A DNA stretch of 64,000 bases, taken from contig JAWODM010000043.1 of NCBI GenBank assembly GCA_046483305.1, positions 33,880-97,879 of the forward strand, in the 5' to 3' direction. The notes beneath the pieces were generated by a model. It worked only from the letters and a program-made list of their open reading frames with translations. It ran no database searches and had not been told where the DNA came from. Both the position numbers and the translations under genes were made by a program. Within the stretch, counting starts at the first letter, position 1. Each line of letters starts with the position of its first letter. The stretch comes from Candidatus Krumholzibacteriales bacterium. Its GTDB lineage: Bacteria; Krumholzibacteriota; Krumholzibacteriia; Krumholzibacteriales; WJIX01. Shown piece after piece: positions 9,722-18,350 of the stretch.

Positions 9722-9763
9722 TGTAAGCGGTTTTAGAAGGCATTTCCTGGAACCTTTATGTTA

Positions 9764-10270
9764 TTAATCCGCCTCCGGATTCTTTAACCCGCCTTCCAGC
9801 ATCCACAGTATTCCGAACCGGTCTCTGAGCATTCCTAAGTCATCCTTCAGGGGGAATATCACCCTTCCTCCCGTCGAAAGACGCGCGAATACACGCTTGA
9901 GGTCAAGTGTTTCGGAGAATCTTACAAAGATGGCGAAATTATCCACCACCACCGCAGCTTTACTCTCCGGAAGTCTGTCGGAAGCTCTGAGAATCAACCC
10001 ATCCGCTCTCAGCTCCGAGTTGTAAATCCTGCCGCTCTCCTGCTCCGGCACATCCAGGCCGGATTCAGCGAATGTTCTCATCTCCACGATTTCGCCTCCC
10101 AGGCATTTCTGGTAATACGCCATCGCTTCCCTGCAGTTTCCGGCGAACATCAGATACGGAGACGCCTCCCTGGCCGCCTGTTCAGCCTCGACGGATCCTT
10201 CCTTCTCCCCGGTGGAAGAGCAGGCCGCCAGCAGAACTGTCATCAGGATGAATACTGCTATTTTTTTCAT
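9764..10270 (-). CDS. VOC/PhnB-like protein with lipoprotein signal peptide
   Basis: Lipobox LAAC; PYLMFAGNCREAMAYY and LRDRFGILW motifs of the PhnB-like family. Confidence 0.8.
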   Translation of the reverse strand: MKKIAVFILMTVLLAACSSTGEKEGSVEAEQAAREASPYLMFAGNCREAMAYYQKCLGGEIVEMRTFAESGLDVPEQESGRIYNSELRADGLILRASDRLPESKAAVVVDNFAIFVRFSETLDLKRVFARLSTGGRVIFPLKDDLGMLRDRFGILWMLEGGLKNPEAD

Positions 10271-10476
10271 TGTGGCTCCCTTTCTGACGTTATTTTCAAA
10301 ATTCGTTCTTTCAGATTGACCGGTAACCAGAGAATGATTTATTCTTCGAAATGTGTAAAGGGCTTAAATCATTTTTTGTATACTGATTCCACCGGCTGCC
10401 GTCAGGAATCTGCCGGGGCCGCCCAGGTATGGAAATCTGTACTGCAGCAGCAGGGCATTCAAAGATTGGAGCAGAT

Positions 10477-11751
10477 ATGAAATCCCGTATTCATTTTTTG
10501 GATATTTCCTCATTCCTTTTTCTTTTTCTGGTTATTACCGCTGCGCTGCTTTACATTTCCGGCTGCAGCGACAGTGATTCTCCCTCCGGACCTTCAGACC
10601 CGGATGGCATCTCAGTATCGCTTTCAACCCACTCCCTGCAGCTTGGAATTACCGAGGCCTTTCAGTTCAGCGCATCAGTAACAGGAGGGCAGGCAGACAA
10701 TGTAATCTGGTATGTTGACAGTATAATGGGCGGAAGCTCCGAGCTGGGCACCATTACCCAGTCGAATCCTGCCGTATATACAGCGCCTGACGCTGTTCCT
10801 GCTCCGGAGGCGGTGCAGGTGATGGCGGTCTCGGCAGATGACACCACCCGCTGCGACAGCTGCGCCGTTACCATCACATTCAATACCGTCTATGTCAACT
10901 CCTCCGCGGGCAATGACACTACCGGAATTGGGGGGAAAAACAAGCCGTTTAAGACTATAACAAGAGGGCTGGAGTCAGCCGGCCCGGGGATGAAGGTAAT
11001 GGCCGCCCCGGGAATTTACGACCATTCTATCGGCGAGGTGTTCCCCATCAGCGTCCCTGATTCAGTGGTTCTGGAAGGGGAGGACTGGGAAAGCTGCGTT
11101 ATCCGGATGGATGCGGAGACGCTGGGTGAGAGGTATGCTGTCATGATGAGCTGCCTCGATTGCGGTTTCCGCAAATTTACCCTGGAGGAGCCGGATGCCG
11201 GTGATCCTTACTGGACCATAGCTGTTTTTGTTTCAAGGGCCACCTACGCGCGCGCGGACAGCCTTCGTTGTCTTGAACGGGCCAGATATTCGGTACTGAG
11301 AGTTGCCCATGATACCGGATCCATAGTTGAAAACTGCTATTTTGCGGTCAGTGACGGGAATCTCTACGGCCGCGCTATGGAGATCGTCTTCAACGAAGAA
11401 GGTAACGAAACCATACTGAGGGGAAATACGGTTTCAGGCTTCAACAGCGGCCTGTTTTTTAATTACTTCCAGAATACAATGGTAGAAAACTGCAACCTCT
11501 CCGGCAATTCATTCGGGGCGTACCTCTGCTGCCTGAACGATGCCAACAGCCAGCCGAATCCCGACTTCGGGGGAGGGGCAAGGGGTAGTACGGGAGGAAA
11601 CGATTTCTCAAATACCGCCGGCGGGCTCTACAATGCGACGCCAAACGTTATATACGCCATGTATAATGTCTGGGAAAACTCCCCTCCGGTGGAAGGACAG
11701 GATTTCTTCAACCCCGATTCTCTAAACGGCGGGGCGGTGATAACGGAATAA
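10477..11751 (+). CDS. Probable lipoprotein with Ig-like and DUF1565/beta-helix domains
   Basis: Signal ending ISGC; YTAP Ig-like segment; YVNSSAGND...PFKTIT...APGIY...FPI; NPDFGGG; GGAG before ATG 10477. Confidence 0.7.
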   Translation: MKSRIHFLDISSFLFLFLVITAALLYISGCSDSDSPSGPSDPDGISVSLSTHSLQLGITEAFQFSASVTGGQADNVIWYVDSIMGGSSELGTITQSNPAVYTAPDAVPAPEAVQVMAVSADDTTRCDSCAVTITFNTVYVNSSAGNDTTGIGGKNKPFKTITRGLESAGPGMKVMAAPGIYDHSIGEVFPISVPDSVVLEGEDWESCVIRMDAETLGERYAVMMSCLDCGFRKFTLEEPDAGDPYWTIAVFVSRATYARADSLRCLERARYSVLRVAHDTGSIVENCYFAVSDGNLYGRAMEIVFNEEGNETILRGNTVSGFNSGLFFNYFQNTMVENCNLSGNSFGAYLCCLNDANSQPNPDFGGGARGSTGGNDFSNTAGGLYNATPNVIYAMYNVWENSPPVEGQDFFNPDSLNGGAVITE

Positions 11752-11777
11752 ATATTCCGGGAAATTGTCCGAATCGA

Positions 11778-14700
11778 TCATTCATCCCCCGGCGGGCCTG
11801 TGCCCGGTGCGGTTTGCGGGGCGGAAGCTCCGGTCAGCGCTCTTTCTTTTTCTCTTTTTCTCTTTTCATTCCAGATGAACAGAACCGGAACTATAAAGAG
11901 GTTCGAAAGAGTGGCTGTTATCATACCTCCGACCGTGGGTGTGGCTATGGGGCGCATGATTTCGCTCCCGGTGCCGGTGGCTAACATCACCGGAAGAAGC
12001 GCCAGAATGGTGGTGGCGGTGGTCATCAGGACCGGGCGGACTCTGGCGGTGGCCGCCGCGACAGCCAGGCCGGTAATATCGTTTCCCTCCAGGACGCGGT
12101 CTCTCATGTAGCTGAGTAGCACTATCCCGTCCTCCACCGCAACCCCGAAGAGGGCTATATACCCTACCCATACCGCTGTGCTGAATTTAATGTTAAGCAG
12201 GTACTGCAGGGCCACTCCTCCAACGAAGGCGAACGGGAGAGCTGAAAACAGAATCAGGGAGAAGGAAAATGACCTGAACTCTACATATATCAGCAGAAAG
12301 ATGACGAATATGCAGATCGGAACCAGCATCAGAAGCCTTCGGTCCGCGCTCTGCTTGTATTCGAATTGCCCCGCTATGCTGTAGTAAGTCCCTTCCGGCA
12401 GAGCAGGCCTTACCTTTTCGGAGAGCGCTCCCCTGACATTCTCAACGAAATCCATCAATCCGGTCCGGTCCGTATTGATGGAGACGAATACTCTGGAGTA
12501 CGGCAGGGTATTTTCAGTTGAAATCATTGCCGGGCCCGGGACTCTTCTTATTTCTGAGAGAAGCCTCAGGGGCAGCTGCCTGCCACCCGGCGCCGGTACC
12601 AGAATATCCCCGATTTTTTCTTCGCTGTCCCGCAGCTCGCGGGGATACCTCACATTCAGAGGATACCTCTCTCTGCCCTCTATAATGGTCGAAATGTTCA
12701 TGCCTCCCGCGGCGGTGGAAATAACATCCTGGATGGTTCCGACCGCAACCCCGTAGCGGGCCGCTCTTTCTCTGTCGATATCTATCTCCAGGTAAGGTTT
12801 GTTTCCCAGCCTCTCCGCGTAAGGCCCCAGGGCGCCCGGAACTTCCCGGAGGGCGTCCTCTATCATCAGGGCCGCTTTCTCAATATTTTCCGTGTCGTCC
12901 CCGAATACCTTTATTCCCACCGGCGTCTGTATTCCGGTGGCAAGCATATCTATGCGGTTCCTGATAGGCTGGGTCATAATGGGGCTTACCCCGGGCATTT
13001 CGGTCTTTTCCTTTATTTCCTCGATCAGCTTCTCCCTGGTCATACCATCCCGCCACTGATCTCTGTCCTTCAGTTTGATAACAGTCTCTATCATGGCGAC
13101 CGGGGCCGGATCGGTAGCTGTTTCAGCCCGGCCCAGTTTCCCCACTACCATTGAAACTTCAGGGATATCCGAGATTACCATGTCCTGTATTTCCATCACT
13201 TCCCTGACCCTGGTAAGAGAGGCTCCGGGCAGAAGAACCGGCATAAACAGCAGATCTCCTTCATTCAGCGGGGGCATGAATTCAGACGGGATCAGAGTGG
13301 CAAGCAGAAAAGCTCCCAGCATCAGCAGAACGGCAATTATTATAACAGCCCTGCCGTATCTGATGGCCCACCTTATTACCGGGCGGTAGGCCGCCATTAC
13401 CCAGCGGGTCAGGGGGTTCTCGTCGGGGCTCCGCAGCCTGCCCCTCAGCAGCATAACGCTTAGAACCGGCAGGAGAGTAATGGAAAGAATCGCCGCGATG
13501 GTCATCATCAGCGTCTTTGTCACCGCCAGCGGCCTGAACAGCCTTCCCGCCTGCCCCATCAGGGCGAAAACCGGGATAAAGGCCACGATAATTATCAGTA
13601 TGGCGAAGAATATAGGCTTTCCAACTTCCCTGGCCGCAGCCACCGATATCCGCATGCGGGTCTGCCTGTCCGCATTGCCTCCCCCGGCCTCGGAGAGCCT
13701 TCTGTATATATTTTCAGTCATGATAATGCCGGCATCCACCATCACTCCGATCGCGATGGCGATCCCCCCAAGCGACATGATATTGGAAGGAACCCCGGCA
13801 ATTTTCATGAACAGGAAAGCTCCCAGTATGCTCAGGGGCATTATCAGAGCTATCACCGCGGTGGACCTTAAATGCCACAGAAATACGAACAGAACCAGCA
13901 TCGCCACTATCAATTCCTCTATCAGGGCCAGAGAAAGCGTTCCGGTAGCTCTGTCTATTATCTCGGAGCGGTCGTAGAATGGGACTATTCTGATCCCCGG
14001 AGGAAGGCCCGCTTCGATATCATCTATCTTATCCTTGATCCTGTCTATTACAGCGAGGGGGTTTTCTCCGTAACGCATAACCACTACCCCGCCTACCGCC
14101 TGGGCCCCTCCCTTGTCCAGCGCATTACGCCTGAAATCCGGGCCCAGTCCCACCTCCGCCACATCTGCGACAGTTACCGGCACCCCGTTATCCGCGCCGA
14201 GTACCACATTCTCTATATCCTGCACGCTGCTTATGAAACCAAGCCCCCGGATTATGAATTCCATCCCCCCTTCTTCAAACACCCTGGCTCCCACATCCCT
14301 GTTGCTCCTGCGGAGCTCTCTTACCAGGTCCAGTATGGATATCCCCCTGTTATACATTTCAAACGGGTCGACGGTCACCTGGTACTGCCTAACATATCCT
14401 CCCACCGAGGCCACTTCGCTGACACCCTCAACCGCATTGAGCTGGTAGCGGATATACCAGTCCTGGATACTGCGAAGAGTCCCCAGATCTGTCTCCGCCA
14501 GGATCATTTCCCTGCCGTCTTCCGGGCATTTCCCCTTTTCGACGGAGGTAATTTCGGGATGCTCCGGGCAATAGTATACGTTTTCAACGGTGTACCACAG
14601 AATCTGGCCAAGGGCGGTGGCATCCGGTCCCATTACGGGAGTTACCCCCCCGGGCATATCATTCTGGGCAAGGTTCAGTCTTTCCAGGACCCTGGTTCTC

Positions 14701-15017
14701 GCCCAGTAAAAATCGGTCCCCTCCTTGAAAATAATATTAACCAGGCTGAACCCGAAGGCGGAGGTGCCTCTGACCGTTTTCACCTTCGGTATGCCCATCA
14801 GTTTGGTGGTCAGGGGATAGGTTATCTGGTCTTCAATATCCCTCGGAGAGCGGCCGGGCCACTCGGCGATTACTATCACCTGCAACTCCCCTATATCGGG
14901 GATGGCATCGACCGGGGTTCTGTATGCAGCCCATATACCCGCTGCCACCATGAGCAGAACGGCGGAAACCACCAGAAAGCGGTTTTGCAGGCACCACTCT
15001 ATTAACCGATCAATCAC
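11778..15017 (-). CDS. cusA: CusA/CzcA-family heavy-metal RND permease
   Basis: DAIPD, MGPDATALG, NIMSLGGIAIAIGVMVD, GVAVEDG, RVRPVLMT motifs; 1079 aa. Confidence 0.93.
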   Translation of the reverse strand: MIDRLIEWCLQNRFLVVSAVLLMVAAGIWAAYRTPVDAIPDIGELQVIVIAEWPGRSPRDIEDQITYPLTTKLMGIPKVKTVRGTSAFGFSLVNIIFKEGTDFYWARTRVLERLNLAQNDMPGGVTPVMGPDATALGQILWYTVENVYYCPEHPEITSVEKGKCPEDGREMILAETDLGTLRSIQDWYIRYQLNAVEGVSEVASVGGYVRQYQVTVDPFEMYNRGISILDLVRELRRSNRDVGARVFEEGGMEFIIRGLGFISSVQDIENVVLGADNGVPVTVADVAEVGLGPDFRRNALDKGGAQAVGGVVVMRYGENPLAVIDRIKDKIDDIEAGLPPGIRIVPFYDRSEIIDRATGTLSLALIEELIVAMLVLFVFLWHLRSTAVIALIMPLSILGAFLFMKIAGVPSNIMSLGGIAIAIGVMVDAGIIMTENIYRRLSEAGGGNADRQTRMRISVAAAREVGKPIFFAILIIIVAFIPVFALMGQAGRLFRPLAVTKTLMMTIAAILSITLLPVLSVMLLRGRLRSPDENPLTRWVMAAYRPVIRWAIRYGRAVIIIAVLLMLGAFLLATLIPSEFMPPLNEGDLLFMPVLLPGASLTRVREVMEIQDMVISDIPEVSMVVGKLGRAETATDPAPVAMIETVIKLKDRDQWRDGMTREKLIEEIKEKTEMPGVSPIMTQPIRNRIDMLATGIQTPVGIKVFGDDTENIEKAALMIEDALREVPGALGPYAERLGNKPYLEIDIDRERAARYGVAVGTIQDVISTAAGGMNISTIIEGRERYPLNVRYPRELRDSEEKIGDILVPAPGGRQLPLRLLSEIRRVPGPAMISTENTLPYSRVFVSINTDRTGLMDFVENVRGALSEKVRPALPEGTYYSIAGQFEYKQSADRRLLMLVPICIFVIFLLIYVEFRSFSFSLILFSALPFAFVGGVALQYLLNIKFSTAVWVGYIALFGVAVEDGIVLLSYMRDRVLEGNDITGLAVAAATARVRPVLMTTATTILALLPVMLATGTGSEIMRPIATPTVGGMITATLSNLFIVPVLFIWNEKRKREKERALTGASAPQTAPGTGPPGDE

Positions 15018-15073
15018 GCCCTCTTCCTCCCCGCCGGTACCCGCTGATTAAACTTTCGGCCTCTACCTGATGG

Positions 15074-16402
15074 TCAATGGATATGTTCATGGCTTTCGCT
15101 CTCCTTCCCCAGGGCCCCCCCGTATACCTCCTCCGCCTGGCCGGTCAGCCGGCTCTGGCTGTCTATCAGGAAACTCCCTTTCTCCACTACCCGTTCTCCC
15201 TCGGACAGGCCGTCCAGGACCACATAGTAACCATCCGAAGATCCTCCGAGGGTGATATTTCTCAGCAGGTAGACGCCCTCCCGCTTCTGGACAAAGGCGA
15301 CCGACCTGGTGCCGGTATTCACCACCGCGCTCTTCGGAACCGCCAGGACGCCCATCTCGCCGGTATCCCCGCCAGCCCCCTCAGCAGAGTGGCCTGAATG
15401 ACCGGCTGGCATCTGGTTCATGGACGCGGAGGCCTGGCCACTCGATCCGCCCATAGGGACCTCGATATTCATGGTAGCGAACATCCCCGGCCTGAGCTTA
15501 TTATGTTTATTCTCAATCTCAGCTCTGACTTTTACGCTCCGCAGCGAGCCGGTCAGAAACGGCTCTATGAATGATATCCGGCCTTCCATTGACTCTCCGG
15601 GGAATGCTTCGAATTCGATCTCCGCTTTAAGGCCTTCCCTGATCTGCCCGATATCGTCCTCGAACAGATCAGCTACCACCCAGACAGTGCTCAGGTCAGA
15701 GATATGAAACAGCGCGTCGCCTTCCCTGACGTATCCCCCTTCCCGGATATAACTGTGAACCAGCCTGCCGGATGAAGGGGCGTGGATTACCAGATTTTCC
15801 TGAACTGTTCCCCGCCCCGCAAGCTCTTCAATCTGCCGCTCCGTAATCCCCCAGAGGAGCAGTTTCCGGCGGGCGGAACCGGAAAGATCTGAACCGGAGG
15901 CCAGCAGAAATTCCTTCTGCGCCGAAATAAGATCCGGGCTGTATATCAGGGCCAGAGGTTCTCCCTTGATTATGTTCATCCCGGTATAGTCCGCGTACAA
16001 TTCTTCCACCCGTCCGCCTACTCTGGCCGATATTACCGCCTCTTGTGTTTCATCATAATCGACCGAGGCGGGCGCCCTGATCAGCTTTGCCAGGTTGCGC
16101 CTGGAAACCTCCACCGTACTGATCCTGGCCAGCCGGGCCGCGGCCTGGCTTATCGTTATTCTGATTTCTTCGTCCTTTCCTGAATCTTCCCCTGATTCGG
16201 CGTATGCCGGTACCAGGTCCATGTTGCATATGGGGCACTTGCCGTCTTCGTCCTCTCTCACCGAGGGGTGCATCCCACAGGTCCAGTACAGTATCTCTCT
16301 TTTATTTTCCTCCCCCGTTTGGGCCGGGCGAGCCGGGACAGAAGGGATAAACGTAATCAGGGCAACCCCCGTTATAGTAACCAGCAATAATATTCTTTTC
16401 AT
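15074..16402 (-). CDS. cusB: CusB-type RND periplasmic adaptor with heavy-metal-binding domain
   Basis: WTCGMHP...KCPICNMDL; YSPDL, LRPGMFA, FLIDSQ motifs; His-rich segments. Confidence 0.9.
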   Translation of the reverse strand: MKRILLLVTITGVALITFIPSVPARPAQTGEENKREILYWTCGMHPSVREDEDGKCPICNMDLVPAYAESGEDSGKDEEIRITISQAAARLARISTVEVSRRNLAKLIRAPASVDYDETQEAVISARVGGRVEELYADYTGMNIIKGEPLALIYSPDLISAQKEFLLASGSDLSGSARRKLLLWGITERQIEELAGRGTVQENLVIHAPSSGRLVHSYIREGGYVREGDALFHISDLSTVWVVADLFEDDIGQIREGLKAEIEFEAFPGESMEGRISFIEPFLTGSLRSVKVRAEIENKHNKLRPGMFATMNIEVPMGGSSGQASASMNQMPAGHSGHSAEGAGGDTGEMGVLAVPKSAVVNTGTRSVAFVQKREGVYLLRNITLGGSSDGYYVVLDGLSEGERVVEKGSFLIDSQSRLTGQAEEVYGGALGKESESHEHIH

Positions 16403-16421
16403 ATCCTTTGCCTTCCTCTAT

Positions 16422-17696
16422 TCAATTTCCCGGTATTAATCGGGTTCCTGTCGCCTCTTCGAGGCCGGCAAGATTGATAAAAGCTTCCGCTTTCTTTTCC
16501 GCATATTTGATTTTCAGTGATATCAGCTGGCGCTGGGCATCCAGTATGTCAATAAAATCTATTTTCCCTGAAAGATACCCTTCCCGGGCTGACTGAAGCG
16601 CCTGCTCAGCTCTGGGAATCAGCTCGCTTCGGTAGAGCTTCGTGATCTCCGCCGCCGACCGGTACCTGTTCAGCAACAAGTCTATCCTCTCAACAAGACT
16701 TCTCCGCTCAGCCCGGTATTTCAATTCCATAACTCTGACCATGCTCTGTCTCTCAGCCACCTTGCTGCGCACGCTCCCGAACCATAACGGCAGGCTGACT
16801 CCCACCGAAATATTCCATGCATCCCTCCCCGAATCCGGCACATCCATCGACGGCTCGTCTATCCGGATATACCCGGCGCCCAGGGTGAAATCGGGCAGAT
16901 ATCCTTTTCTGGCAAGATTAAGTTTCTTCCGCTCTTTCTCCGCCATTCTCTCCCTGAAACGCACCCCCGGATGGGCTACCGCCGAAGCAAAAAGAGAATC
17001 CGGAACGGCTGCGGCCGGAAGCTCCTCCTCCCGCGATACAACCTCCAGGCCGCTTTCAGCGGGCCTGTCCAGAAGGCCCTTGATTACGGATAGAGCCGAA
17101 TTGCGCTTTTCCTCATACTCAAGCTCCTTCTCTCCGATTCTGAGAAGTTCCACCTCCATCTTCAGCAGATGCTGCTGATAACCCCTTCCGCTTTCCAGGC
17201 GAACCCGGGTAATTTCTCTTATATTATCCAGGATCTCTCTCTCCTGTTCCAGAAGGCTCAGCACTTCCAGGTTTTTTGACAGGGTATAGTATGCTTCCTT
17301 GACTCTCCTGATAACCGCCAGCTCCGCCTGATTTATTTTTTCATCGATAATATCGCTGTCAAAGGAGGCTATTTCTTTCTTCAGAGAAAGTTTGCCCGGA
17401 AAAGGGACCGGCTGCATCAGCTGAAGTATATCCTTCTGCGGGCCAAGCCTGGTCTCCACGCTCTCAAGAAAATGCGTGTATGAAAGTCTCGGAAACGGAT
17501 AGGCAGAAGCAGAAGAAGGACGGAACCGGGCAGATTCCCCTTCCTCCCTGAGGGCCATAAGGCCGGGATTGCTGCCGAGAGCTTCCCGGATAAGCTCCTC
17601 CAGAGTTAAGGCTGCCCCTTCGCCGGCGAAGCAGGTTCCGGATACAAGAATTATCAGGGCGGTAATAAATAGTGCTGATATTTTTAAAAGTCTCAT
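16422..17696 (-). CDS. TolC/CusC-family outer-membrane efflux protein
   Basis: Signal peptide; QPVPFPGK, SLPLW, YLSGKIDFIDILDAQ motifs; position before the adaptor and RND genes. Confidence 0.9.
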   Translation of the reverse strand: MRLLKISALFITALIILVSGTCFAGEGAALTLEELIREALGSNPGLMALREEGESARFRPSSASAYPFPRLSYTHFLESVETRLGPQKDILQLMQPVPFPGKLSLKKEIASFDSDIIDEKINQAELAVIRRVKEAYYTLSKNLEVLSLLEQEREILDNIREITRVRLESGRGYQQHLLKMEVELLRIGEKELEYEEKRNSALSVIKGLLDRPAESGLEVVSREEELPAAAVPDSLFASAVAHPGVRFRERMAEKERKKLNLARKGYLPDFTLGAGYIRIDEPSMDVPDSGRDAWNISVGVSLPLWFGSVRSKVAERQSMVRVMELKYRAERRSLVERIDLLLNRYRSAAEITKLYRSELIPRAEQALQSAREGYLSGKIDFIDILDAQRQLISLKIKYAEKKAEAFINLAGLEEATGTRLIPGN

Positions 17697-17711
17697 TTTT
17701 CGAATCCTGAA

Positions 17712-18200
17712 TTAACTGGAGTTCGATTTGCCTGATATGTTGTTGTGTGCATCCAGCGCCACAGAGTTTTTATCTTCCTGTTTAATCACCAGTTCGCTGA
17801 GTAAAATTCCCTTCAATCTTGCTGTAATCATTTCCTTCAAATCTATCCATACATCCCGGGACGCGCAGATTCCTGTTCTGGTACAGATAGAGGAATCGCT
17901 TATGCAGTCTACCGGATCGAAGGGTCCTTCCAGCGCGCCCATAATTTCCAGCAGTGTTATTCCGCCCGGTTCCCTGGAAAGGATATAACCCCCGCCCGGC
18001 CCGCGGACCGATTTGATCAGCCCGGCCGACCTGAGCAGCGGAATTATGTGCTCAAGGTATCCCTTTGATACATTCTGTTTTTCGGCGATATCCCTCAGAG
18101 GCACCGGCCCGTCGCGGTAATTGCCGGCAAGTTCAATCATCAACCTGGTTCCGTATCTGCCCCTGGTTGAAAGCTTCAGCATACTGAATCTGCTCCCCAT
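17712..18200 (-). CDS. Rrf2-family regulator with three Cys (IscR-like); start may be 18182
   Basis: LSTRGRYG, SVRGPGGGY, DCISDSSICTRTGIC. Confidence 0.92.
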   Translation of the reverse strand: MGSRFSMLKLSTRGRYGTRLMIELAGNYRDGPVPLRDIAEKQNVSKGYLEHIIPLLRSAGLIKSVRGPGGGYILSREPGGITLLEIMGALEGPFDPVDCISDSSICTRTGICASRDVWIDLKEMITARLKGILLSELVIKQEDKNSVALDAHNNISGKSNSS

Positions 18201-18301
18201 AATAACCTATTAATCCAATGTATATTATATGTAATATAATCTGATTTGCCGGAATGTCAACACCTATCCCGCAAACGAATTGAGAGGAGCAAGGAAACAA
18301 G

Positions 18302-18327
18302 AAGGGGCCGGTAAAAACCGGCCCCTT
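18302..18327 (-). terminator. Intrinsic terminator after S8 protease
   Basis: Plus-strand AAGGGGCCGGT-AAAA-ACCGGCCCCTT, perfect 11-bp stem, with a T-rich tail on the minus strand. Confidence 0.8.
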
Positions 18328-18350
18328 TCCTGGTCAGGCCTGCCCGGTCC

